Shown piece after piece: positions 10,446-20,100 of a stretch of DNA of 64,000 nt (its first letter is position 1; each line of letters starts with the position of its first letter). The stretch spans positions 32,001 through 96,000 of the forward strand of contig JBMORA010000032.1 in NCBI GenBank assembly GCA_049320885.1, given 5' to 3'. The notes below the pieces were generated by a model that saw only the letters and a list, made by a program, of their open reading frames with translations, was not told the DNA's origin and made no database searches. The translations under genes and the position numbers were made by a program. This DNA is from Thermodesulfobacteriota bacterium. Its GTDB lineage: Bacteria > Desulfobacterota > Desulfobacteria > Desulfobacterales > SURF-7.

Positions 10446-11678
10446 ATGGCGGCGGGATCGACATATAACATTCTGATGTATTCCCATGACACCTACGGTC
10501 TGGGCCATATCCGCCGGACCATGGCCATCGCCGACCACCTGCGGGGACCCAATGTCAACATCCTGATCCTGACCGGCTCCCCCATTGCCGGCCGCTTCTC
10601 TTTTCCGGATCAGGTGGATTTTGTGCGCATTCCCGGAATGATCAAAAAGACCAACGACGAATACCTGCCGATGTCCATCAAAATCGACGCCAGGCAAGCC
10701 CTCGACATCCGAACCAATATCATCACGGCAACCGCCAAAACCTTCCGGCCGCATCTGTTCATCGTCGACAAGGAGCCGCTGGGTCTGAAACGCGAAATTC
10801 TGCCCACCCTGGAATGGATGCGGGAATATCTGCCGGGAAGCCGCACCATCCTCGGTCTGCGCGACATCATGGATGACGCGGAAACCATCCGGCATGACTG
10901 GGAAAAAAAGGACGTGTACCGCATCCTCGATTCCCTGTACCATGAAATCTGGGTCTACGGCCTCCGCGAGTATTATGACCCCATCGCCGAATACGCCATT
11001 CCGGCCGCCGTGAGCGCCAAAATCCATTTCACCGGATACATTCCCCGGCGCAAGGCCGATCCGGCCACCATACAGAAAATAAAGAAAGAATATCCGATCC
11101 GCCCCGGGGAAAAACTCATTGTCGTCACCACCGGCGGCGGCGGCGACGGCTACAAGGTCATGGACAATTATCTGTCCATGATCGAAACCGAAACCCTGCC
11201 GGACAACATCAAGAGCGTTCTGGTGACCGGCCCGTTCATGCCCAAACGGCAGCGAAAATGCATCGACCAACGCGCCCGGCGCTACGGCATCCATTCCCAC
11301 CGGTTTTACCGCAGCATGATCGACCTCATGGCCGCCGCGGACCTGGTGGTCAGCATGGGCGGATACAATACTTCCTGCGAAATCCTGTCCCAGGCCACGG
11401 TTTCCCTGCTGATCCCCCGGGAGGAACCCCGCAAGGAGCAACTGATCCGCGCCCGGGTTTTTCAGCAACATGACCTGGTGGACTATATTCCCTGGTCATC
11501 CCTGACACCGGTCGCCTTGAAACAAAAGGTCATGGCCCTGCTCGAAGATCCGGGCGCCATACGCCGCGCCGTCTCCCGATTCGACATGACCGGCTTCCAT
11601 GTGATGAGGAAACGACTGGCAGCATTCCGGAACGGGCGCTGCCCGGACCGATTGCCTGTCCATCAAGGCACGGGATGA
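10446..11678 (+). CDS. GT-B glycosyltransferase (COG4671-like)
   Basis: YSHDTYGLGHIRR, GLRDIMD, TGGGGDG, VSMGGYNT, EQ.IRA motifs. Confidence 0.88.
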   Translation: MAAGSTYNILMYSHDTYGLGHIRRTMAIADHLRGPNVNILILTGSPIAGRFSFPDQVDFVRIPGMIKKTNDEYLPMSIKIDARQALDIRTNIITATAKTFRPHLFIVDKEPLGLKREILPTLEWMREYLPGSRTILGLRDIMDDAETIRHDWEKKDVYRILDSLYHEIWVYGLREYYDPIAEYAIPAAVSAKIHFTGYIPRRKADPATIQKIKKEYPIRPGEKLIVVTTGGGGDGYKVMDNYLSMIETETLPDNIKSVLVTGPFMPKRQRKCIDQRARRYGIHSHRFYRSMIDLMAAADLVVSMGGYNTSCEILSQATVSLLIPREEPRKEQLIRARVFQQHDLVDYIPWSSLTPVALKQKVMALLEDPGAIRRAVSRFDMTGFHVMRKRLAAFRNGRCPDRLPVHQGTG

Positions 11679-12988
11679 AAGCAACAAACCGCAACAGGGA
11701 ATCGCGCCCGCAAAAAGCCCCCTCCTTTCCGGTGCTCGGATTGATTCTCAAAGGCTACCCCCGGATTTCCGAAACGTTTATCTCCAATGAAATTCTTGGC
11801 CTGGAACGTCTCGGCTTTCACATCCGCATCTTTTCCATGCGTCAGCCCCGGGAATCCTTTTGCCATGCCAGTGTCCGTAGGATCAGGGCCCGGGCGGACT
11901 ATCTCCCGGAAATGCTGGCGGCGGCCCCCCTGAACTTTTTCACCGCCAATGCGCTTCTGGCCTTTTGCCGGCCGAAGCGCTATGCGGCCGCGTTCATGAC
12001 GGCCCTGCGGCGTTACCGTCGAACCCGCAAAGCCGCGACCTGGAAACACCTGCTCCAGGCCGGGTATCTGGTAAAACGGCTGGCGCCGGACGCCGGCGTC
12101 ACGCATCTGCACGCCCATTTCGCCCATTCACCCGCTTCCGTGGCCATGTTCGCCTCCCTGCTGAGCGGGATACCCTATAGTTTCACCGCCCATGCCAAGG
12201 ATATTTATACGTCGGACCCGGAACAACTCCGGGAAAAAATAAGCCGGGCCAAGATGGTCGTCACCTGCACCGAATACAACCGGCGCCATTTGCTCGCCCT
12301 TTCGGCGGGTATTCATACCCCGATTCACCGCAGCTACCACGGGATCGACACGGGGATGTTTGCACCGGAAAAATCATCGAACCAGCCCCCCGGTCCCCCG
12401 TTCCGGATTCTCACCGTGGCCCGTCTGATTCCCAAAAAAGGCCTTCCGACCGTCTATCACGCAGTGAAACGTATTCAAGAACAAGGACTTGCCGTTGAAC
12501 ACGACCTGATCGGCGATGGCGATGATCGTGACAAAATTCTGGGATTGATCGCCAAGCTGGGCCTGTCGTCCATCGCCCGCTGGCGCGGAACCCTCCCCCA
12601 TCATCAGGTGTTGGAATACTACAAGCGCGCCGATCTGTTTGTCCTGGGTTGTGAAATCGCGCCCAACGGCGACCGGGACGGTATTCCCAATGTCTTGATC
12701 GAAAGCATGGCCATGGGGGTTCCGGTAGTGGCCACAACCGTATCGGCCATTCCCGAACTCGTGGTGCATGGGCGCACCGGACTGCTCGTATCTCCCGGCG
12801 AACCGGAAGAAATGGCCCGGGCCATGACCACCCTTTTGACCGACAACCGGCTGCGAAACACCATCATTTCGGAGGCCCGCCAGGCGGTGCGGAAAAAATT
12901 CGACAACCGGACCCTGATCCATGAAATGGCGGAACTGTATGGCCGCGTCATGGAAACGCGAATCCGAACCGCCAGGCGTTACGGATAG
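11675..12988 (+). CDS. Glycosyltransferase family 4 (WcaL-like)
   Basis: YPRISETFI.NE, HAHFAH, FTAHAKDIY, VARL..KKG, DGIPNVLIESMA. ATGA overlap with the previous gene. Confidence 0.92.
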   Translation: MKATNRNRESRPQKAPSFPVLGLILKGYPRISETFISNEILGLERLGFHIRIFSMRQPRESFCHASVRRIRARADYLPEMLAAAPLNFFTANALLAFCRPKRYAAAFMTALRRYRRTRKAATWKHLLQAGYLVKRLAPDAGVTHLHAHFAHSPASVAMFASLLSGIPYSFTAHAKDIYTSDPEQLREKISRAKMVVTCTEYNRRHLLALSAGIHTPIHRSYHGIDTGMFAPEKSSNQPPGPPFRILTVARLIPKKGLPTVYHAVKRIQEQGLAVEHDLIGDGDDRDKILGLIAKLGLSSIARWRGTLPHHQVLEYYKRADLFVLGCEIAPNGDRDGIPNVLIESMAMGVPVVATTVSAIPELVVHGRTGLLVSPGEPEEMARAMTTLLTDNRLRNTIISEARQAVRKKFDNRTLIHEMAELYGRVMETRIRTARRYG

Positions 12989-13000
12989 AAGGGGCGGGCC

Positions 13001-13645
13001 ATGGGAATGGACGGACCGCCGGGAACGACTTTCGGCCTGCTGCGACACGGTCAAACCATCTGGAACCGGGAGGGACGGATTCAGGGGCAAGACGATTCTC
13101 CCCTGTCCCCGGAGGGTGAACGCCAGTGCCTTGCCTGGGGAAAACGCCTGCGGGAATTCCCATGGGAAAGAATCCTTGTCAGCGATCTGGGGCGGGCCCG
13201 CCGGACCGCCGACCTGGTCAACGAATCCCTCGGTGTTCCTGTCACCGTGGATCAGCGCCTGCGGGAGCAGGACTGGGGCCGCTGGAGAGGGTTGACCCTC
13301 CGGCAGATCACCACGGACAGCGCGGACGAACTGGAACGCCAGGTCAACGCCGGCTGGCATTTCCGCCCTCCGGACGGGGAAAACCGGCTTCACCTGCTGG
13401 AACGCAGCCGACTGGCGCTGGCGGACGCGGCCAGGCAGTATGAAGGTCAGACCATCCTGGTGATCACCCACGAGGGGGTTATCAAGGCCTTGCTGAACCG
13501 GCTCAGCAACCGGATGTTTCTGCCGGGGGAAGGCCCGCTGATGGAGCCGCTGCATCTCCATTTCCTCCGGCACGACGGCCGGGAACTCCATCTGCTTCAA
13601 ATCAACGCCGTTCCGCTGAAAAATGCGGAAACCGACACCGGGTGA
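13001..13645 (+). CDS. Histidine phosphatase (phosphoglycerate mutase-like) family protein
   Basis: LLRHGQT, SDL.RA..TA, LRE..WG.W.G, P.GE, VITHEG. Confidence 0.92.
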   Translation: MGMDGPPGTTFGLLRHGQTIWNREGRIQGQDDSPLSPEGERQCLAWGKRLREFPWERILVSDLGRARRTADLVNESLGVPVTVDQRLREQDWGRWRGLTLRQITTDSADELERQVNAGWHFRPPDGENRLHLLERSRLALADAARQYEGQTILVITHEGVIKALLNRLSNRMFLPGEGPLMEPLHLHFLRHDGRELHLLQINAVPLKNAETDTG

Positions 13646-13690
13646 GCATCCCCGGCAACGCTGGACTCCGACCATATCCCCACCGCCAGG

Positions 13691-14857
13691 ATGAAAATTC
13701 TCCAATATTGTCAATATATTCTCGGAATCGGACACCTCTGCCGCAGCCTGGAAATCAGTCGCGGCTTTGCCGGGCATGACGTGGTTCTGGTCACCGGCGG
13801 CCGGGATTTCCCTGTCGCTCTTCCGGAACGGGTGCGCGAACACCGGCTGCCGGCCCTGGTGATGGACGCCGAATTCAGCGGACTCAAAACTCCCGACCAG
13901 AAAAGATCCCTGGAGGCCATCAAGCTCCTGCGGCGGGCGCGCCTGACGGAAATCTTTCAAGCGGAAAAACCGGACGCGCTGCTGGTGGAGCTGTATCCCT
14001 TCGGACGCAAGGCCTTTCGTTTCGAGCTCGACCCGCTGCTGGAAGGCATCCGCAACGGAAGCCTGCACCGCTGTCTCGTTTTTTGCAGTCTGCGGGACAT
14101 CCTGGTGGAAAAGGACAATTCCCGGAAGCACGAGCACCGGGCCGTGGACATCCTCAACCGGCTGTTCGACGGCCTGCTGGTGCATGCCGACCCGGACCTG
14201 ATACCCCTGGACCGGACCTTTTCCCTGGCGACCGACATCGCCATCCCCCTGGACTATACCGGCTTCGTCTGCCCCGGCCCCTCGGCTCCCGCCGGGCTCA
14301 GGGCCCGGCTGGGAATCAGTCCCCGGGAAAAATGGATTGTCGCCAGCGCCGGCGGCGGGCAGGTGGGCGGCCCCCTGCTGACGGCCGTCATGGAAGCCGC
14401 CCGAAAACTGGCGGCGGACATACCTGTCCGGCTGCAGGTCTTTACCGGTCCGTTTCTGAACCAGCTGGAATATCAACTCCTGTCGTCCGGCCGGAATCAT
14501 CATATCCGCGTCCAGCGGTTTACGGACCGCTTTCCGGCCTACCTCGCGGAAGCCGACCTGTCCATCAGCATGGCCGGCTACAACACCTGCATGAACATAC
14601 TGGCCGCCGGGATTCCAGCCCTGGTCTGGCCTTTTCCCCAAAACCGGGAGCAACGCCTGCGGGCCGAAGCCCTGGCGGACCGGGGACTGCTCGGTGTCCT
14701 TTCCGAAACGGATCTGTCGGCTGACGGCATGGCCAATCGGATCCGGCAGGCCCTGAACCAGGGCCGTCCACCCGCAACCACGCTCCGGATCAACGGAGCG
14801 GAGGAGACCCGCCGTGTCGTGGAGGAACGGATCCGGAAACGGGAGGCCATTGCATGA
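13691..14857 (+). CDS. GT-B glycosyltransferase (COG4671-like), second paralog
   Basis: LGIGHL.RS, ELYPFGR..FRFEL, SLRDIL, SAGGGQVG, SMAGYNT, EQ..RA. Confidence 0.88.
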   Translation: MKILQYCQYILGIGHLCRSLEISRGFAGHDVVLVTGGRDFPVALPERVREHRLPALVMDAEFSGLKTPDQKRSLEAIKLLRRARLTEIFQAEKPDALLVELYPFGRKAFRFELDPLLEGIRNGSLHRCLVFCSLRDILVEKDNSRKHEHRAVDILNRLFDGLLVHADPDLIPLDRTFSLATDIAIPLDYTGFVCPGPSAPAGLRARLGISPREKWIVASAGGGQVGGPLLTAVMEAARKLAADIPVRLQVFTGPFLNQLEYQLLSSGRNHHIRVQRFTDRFPAYLAEADLSISMAGYNTCMNILAAGIPALVWPFPQNREQRLRAEALADRGLLGVLSETDLSADGMANRIRQALNQGRPPATTLRINGAEETRRVVEERIRKREAIA

Positions 14858-15696
14858 CGCCCGGCGTTTCAGCCCTCTGGCGCAAGCCCCTCCCGAAGGA
14901 TCTCGCTTCCCGCCTGGATGAAAGGCTGAGCCGGGTGCTGGGACGGAAAGACCGCCGCCGTCCCATCCAGGTTTTTTTCAGGGCCGACGATATCGGAGTT
15001 CCCGGCGAGCAGGTTTACCGGTTGATCCGCCTGTTCCTGAAATACCGCAGCCCCCTGAACCTGGCCGTGGTGCCGGCATGGCTGACGGCGCCCCGGTGGC
15101 GGAAACTCCGGGAAGCGGGGGCAGCCCATCCGGAACTCTGGTGCTGGCACCAGCATGGATGGCGGCATGTCAACCATGAACCGTCCGGAAAAAAGCAGGA
15201 ATTCGGCCCGGCCAGATCCCGGCACCGTATCCGGAAGGATCTGGCCGCCGGGTTCCGCCGGCTGGAAGAACTGCTGGGAAGGGATTTCACCCCGGTTTTT
15301 ACCCCCCCGTGGAATCGCTGCAGCAGAGAAACCATCGCCGTACTGTCGGAACTCGGGTATGCGGCTTTTTCCGCAAGCCCCGCTGTCTCCGAAGGATCCC
15401 CGTTTGCGGAGCCGTTGCCGAATTTTTGTGTTCAGGTGGACCTGCACACCCGCAAGGAATCCCGGGCGGACCGGGACTGGATAGCGCTGCTGGCCGAGCT
15501 GGAATCCGCTCTTTCCCAGAACCGCTGCGGAATCGTCATCCATCACCGACGGATGAACGACCAGGCTTTCCGGTTTCTGGAAACACTGCTGGAGCGTTTT
15601 GCCTTTCTGCCGGAAATCCGCATCCACCGCTTTACCGACATGCGGCGCATGGCCGCGCCGCCGTTTCCGGAGATGAAGGGGACCCCATCATGGTGA
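14854..15696 (+). CDS. Polysaccharide deacetylase-family protein
   Basis: FRADD, HQHGWRH and FTPPWN correspond to NodB-type motifs 1-3. ATGA overlap. Confidence 0.8.
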   Translation: MTPGVSALWRKPLPKDLASRLDERLSRVLGRKDRRRPIQVFFRADDIGVPGEQVYRLIRLFLKYRSPLNLAVVPAWLTAPRWRKLREAGAAHPELWCWHQHGWRHVNHEPSGKKQEFGPARSRHRIRKDLAAGFRRLEELLGRDFTPVFTPPWNRCSRETIAVLSELGYAAFSASPAVSEGSPFAEPLPNFCVQVDLHTRKESRADRDWIALLAELESALSQNRCGIVIHHRRMNDQAFRFLETLLERFAFLPEIRIHRFTDMRRMAAPPFPEMKGTPSW

Positions 15697-16379
15697 ATGC
15701 TGCGGAAACCCCGCACCCTGCCGACCGCGCCGACCGTCTTCTGGCCCTGCCCTTCGGCAAATCCGTCGCCATCGCCTTTCAAAGCATCCGGGTCCGCTTT
15801 CTGCGCTCTGCCATCACCGTGCTGAGCCTGGTTCTGGCCATCGCCTTTTTCTGTTTTCTGCGAATCAACGCCGACATCGCCGGCGGCATGCTGAAAACCG
15901 GAAATCCCGCCTTGCGGCTGGCCCTGGCGCGGGCCGGCCATGATGTCTCGCCGGACGCCGTCCGCATCGACAACACCCCGAAGCAGAAATGGATCCTGTT
16001 TCTGTCCCTCCTGGTCTGCGTGGTGGGGATTGTCAACGCCCAACTGATGGCGGTCAGTGAACGCATCCGTGAAATCGGCACCATGAAGTGTCTGGGAGCC
16101 CTGGACCGTTTTATCCTGCGCCTTTTTCTTCTGGAAGCCGGCATGCAGGGGCTTGCCGGAGCCGGTCTTGGAGCCGTTGCCGGAACCCTCGCCGCGGTGG
16201 GGAGCAGCCTGATTCGTTTCGGATGGCCGGCCATCCAAGCCCTTCCCGTTCAACAGGCGCTGAAATCGTTCCTGATCTCCATTGGCATCGGTCTTGTTCT
16301 GAGCCTCCTGGGGGTCGTCTACCCGGCCGCCAAAGCCGCCCGGATGCAGCCGGTCGACGCCATGCGCCGGGAGCACTAG
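15690..16379 (+). CDS. FtsX/MacB-type ABC permease with a very small periplasmic domain
   Basis: R.RFLRSAIT TM1; IVNAQLMAVSERIREIGTMKCLGA; YPA.KAARM.PVDAMR. Start ATG 15690 after a GGGGA RBS. Confidence 0.88.
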   Translation: MVNAAETPHPADRADRLLALPFGKSVAIAFQSIRVRFLRSAITVLSLVLAIAFFCFLRINADIAGGMLKTGNPALRLALARAGHDVSPDAVRIDNTPKQKWILFLSLLVCVVGIVNAQLMAVSERIREIGTMKCLGALDRFILRLFLLEAGMQGLAGAGLGAVAGTLAAVGSSLIRFGWPAIQALPVQQALKSFLISIGIGLVLSLLGVVYPAAKAARMQPVDAMRREH

Positions 16380-16420
16380 ATGGGATAGGCAGCCCCAAGG
16401 TGAAAGGTGAACAAACCGCC

Positions 16421-17182
16421 ATGACGGCTTCTCCGACCGATCGGCAAATCATCGTCCGCTTGATCGCCGTAACCAAGCAGTTCAAGCTGGGCAATATCGA
16501 GCTTCCGGCCTTGAAAGGCGTCGACCTGGAGATCGCAAAGGGCCGCTACATCTCCATCATGGGGCCCTCCGGTTCCGGGAAGAGCACCCTTTTCAACATG
16601 ATCGGCGGTCTCGACAAGCCCACTGCCGGGAAAGTGTTCATCGACGAGGTGGACATCGCCCAGCTGGACGCCTACGAGCTTGCCTGGCTGCGCTGCCGCA
16701 AGATCGGTTATATCTTCCAGACCTTCAATCTGATCCAGGTAATGACCGCCCTGGAAAATGTGACCCTGCCCATGATTTTTGCCGGAATGCCGGGGGAGCA
16801 GGCAACGAACAAGGGCATGGAACTGATGAAAATGGTAGGCCTGGACGACCGTTTCCGCCACAAGCCCAACGAACTCTCCGGCGGCCAGCAGCAACGGGTG
16901 GCGGTGGCCCGGGCCCTGGCCAATGATCCCGCCATCATTCTGGCCGATGAACCCACCGGAAATCTCGATCTGGTTACCGGCGAGGAAATCATCAATCTCC
17001 TGAAACGCCTCAGCGAGGAACGCAGCGTCACCATCATATCCGCCACCCATGATTTCAAAATGCTGAATGTGTCCGACCAGGTGGTCTGGATCCGTGACGG
17101 CCGCATCGAGAAAATCGAAAACCGCGCCGAGCTGTCCATCTCCATCGGCCAAATCGATTCGCGTCCGCATGAAAAGGCCTAA
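16421..17182 (+). CDS. ABC transporter ATP-binding protein (LolD/MacB type)
   Basis: GPSGSGKST, IFQTFNL, LSGGQQQRVA, ILADEPTGNLD, ATHD. Confidence 0.96.
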   Translation: MTASPTDRQIIVRLIAVTKQFKLGNIELPALKGVDLEIAKGRYISIMGPSGSGKSTLFNMIGGLDKPTAGKVFIDEVDIAQLDAYELAWLRCRKIGYIFQTFNLIQVMTALENVTLPMIFAGMPGEQATNKGMELMKMVGLDDRFRHKPNELSGGQQQRVAVARALANDPAIILADEPTGNLDLVTGEEIINLLKRLSEERSVTIISATHDFKMLNVSDQVVWIRDGRIEKIENRAELSISIGQIDSRPHEKA

Positions 17183-20100
17183 ATCCATTCTGAGATCCAA
17201 GACCATTCGGGTTCTCGCCTGTCTGCCGGCGATCGCCTTCCTCGCCGCACCGGAATGCCGGGCCGACGCCCGGGAAGGGTTGATGCGCACCGTCGGGGAA
17301 CTTGCCGCCGTTCAAGACCGCAGCACCGGCTCCCCGGGGTGCATCCGGGCGGCGGCTTTCATCCAGGCGGAGTTCCAGGCCGCTGGTGCAGGACCGGTGG
17401 CGGTTCATCGTTTCACCGTTCCCGTGCGGCGCTGGGAAAAAAGCCGCCTGACGACCGAGGACGGACGAAGGCTCACGATCCATCCGCTGCTGTTAAACGC
17501 CGCGGCACCGGAAACATCGGCGGCCATGAATACCCTCGCTCAGCTGATCTATGTGGGACGGGGAGCCCTGGCGGATTTCAACCATCAACCCGTTAAAGAC
17601 GCCATTGTCCTGATGGACATGGATTCGGGCGGGAACTGGCGGAATGCGGCGGCGCTGGGGGCCAGGGCCTTGATCTTCCTGGATGGCGGGATCAGCCGGG
17701 ACGGGAACCCGGAGCCCACGCCCAACCTGTTCTACAAGGAAAAGATCGAACTCACGCCCCTTCATTTTCCCCGGTTCCGGGTTTCCCGTTCCGCCTTCAA
17801 CGCCTGGCTGGGGAGGGACGCCGGCGACGGCCTGAAATCCCCACTGCCCAAAGCCACTCTGTTTTCCCGGATCGCCTGGGAAAACGTGGTGGCCGAAAAT
17901 GTCTACACAAAAATCGAAGGCCGTGACCCGCGCCTGAAAAAAAACCTCCTGGTGGTCGAAGCTTTTTACGACAGCACGCCCCTGGTGGCCGGCCTGTCTC
18001 CCGGCGCGGATGAGGCTCTCGGCGTCGCCGGTCTCATTTCCCTGGCCGGATTTCTGAAAAAGCACCCGCCGGCCAGATCCGTTCTGCTGGTCGCCACGTC
18101 CGGACACGCCCAAACTCTTTCGGGATTCCGGGAACTGGTCTGGAGCCTGCGGAACGAGACGTCCTTCCAGGCCGAAAGGGAAAAACACCTGCGGCTGGAA
18201 CTGGCGACCGCCGACCGGTGTCTCTCGACCCTTGAAAAGCTGGCCCGGCCGAATCTGCCGGACGATCTGTCCCATACGGATATCCAGGCGGCCATAACGT
18301 CCCAGCTGAAAAACCGGATCGATTCCATTTCGCGGAAACTGATTCGTCTCCGCATGGATCCACAAAACCGGAACGATACGGAACGGACCCACCTCCTCGT
18401 TCAGGATCGACAGGCGCTCCAGCGGCTGGAGTGGAAAAACGACCTGTCCGTTCTCTCCCCGGAGGAAGTCATGAGAATCCGGGAACTGCTGCCGTCCGCC
18501 GTCCAGCAGCACCGCGACTACCGGGAAGCGGCCCGGCTGCAACTCGACCTGCTGGAAAGCTCCCGGATTTTCCAGGAATGTCTTGCAGGGCAAACCATCT
18601 CCGCCGTCATTTGCCTCCATCTCTCCAGTCACGGGGATGGATTCGGCGCTTTCAATAAGGGCTGGCTGTATCCGCTCAAACCGACGGTGGACAGGCTCCG
18701 CGCATACGGCGCGTTGGAGCGGTGCCTGCAAGCCTGCGCCCTGAAAACAGCGGCATCCACGGGTCATCCCTCCATGCTGGCCGATACCCTGCGTCCCGGC
18801 AGCCTGAAAGACTGGCAAAGCTATCTGGCCGACCGGCCGGAGCTGGGCGGGGAGGTGGCTTCCCTGGCGGGCTATCCCGGCATAAGCCTGGTCACGGTGC
18901 ATGACGGCCGGTTTTTCTGGGGAACCCCGGATGATCTTCCCGGAAATATGGATTGGGAATACGCCGCCAGACAAAATGCGGCTGTCTGCTCCATGATCCG
19001 GGACCTTGCCGCACACCCCGGCCTGGAATCCAATAAGCAGCCGGCCGACGGATTCAGCACCGTCAGCGGCCGGGTGCGCCGCATGCGCCATGGAGAACTC
19101 TTTGCGGACCGGCCCGTTGCCGGAGCATTGGTCATGGCCTTCCAGGGAACCAGTCGCTACTACGCCATGACCGACGCCCGGGGCGATTTCCAGCTGAAAG
19201 GCGTTTGCGACAAAAAACACGTTCTCGACAAGCTCATCATCGAAGCCTTTCATTTCCAGCCCGCAACCGGGAAAATCATTGCCGCCATCGACAAACGTCT
19301 CACGGGAAAAGACGCCTACCGCCTGAAAATCAAACGAAAGGACATGCGGACGGATCTAATCCTGTTCACCTGCCGTCAAACCACCCTGTTCGACCTGTTG
19401 GAACCCCGCAATTTCAACTATATGACCAAGATCGAACTGCTCGACGGTTTTCGCGACGCCCCGCCCCTGACCTACAGTTACAGCCGCATCGACACCCGCT
19501 CCTCCTCCATGGCGGCGGTCTTCATGGAACCCCGCAGCCGGTTGAAAATCATCCTTTCCGACAACCTGCTTTCCAAAAAGTTGCTCCTGACCGGCACGGA
19601 ACCTTCCCATCCCCAGGGAATCGGATATCGGGCGGAGGACTGGCCCTCCCTGACCTACGGCTCCTTCCGGGCCGCAACGGACATGTGGGCCCTGCTTTCC
19701 CCCCGCATTGCCAATCTCGAATCCCACGGCATCTTCGATGAGAGCATCCGGCGGATAGAAGACCGGGGCTTGAAAAGCCTAGCGGATGCCCGGCGGTATC
19801 TGGATGAAGGTTTGTACGACCGGTTCCACGGCGCCGCGTCAACAGCCCTGGCCCTTGCCAGCCGGGTTTACGACCAGGTGGATCGAACCCAGAAGGACGT
19901 TCTTTTCGGTGTTCTTTTTTACATCGCCTTCTTTGTACCCTTCGCCTTCTGCATGGAAAGGCTGCTGTTCGCATGCACGGATATTCACAAACGGATCCTG
20001 GCGTTCTGCGGGATTCTGGCGCTGCTTGTCGCCATCATCTATTGGGTCCACCCCGCATTTCAATTGGCCTACAACCCCCTGGTGGTCGTTCTGGCCTTTA

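Noticed and set aside
12374..14653. 759-aa minus-strand ORF
   Set aside because: Lies antisense to three well-supported genes; a typical high-GC shadow ORF.
15309..17168. Upstream extensions of the ORFs at 15309, 16088 and 17067
   Set aside because: They overlap neighbouring genes in other frames; better starts are at 15690, 16421 and 17169.
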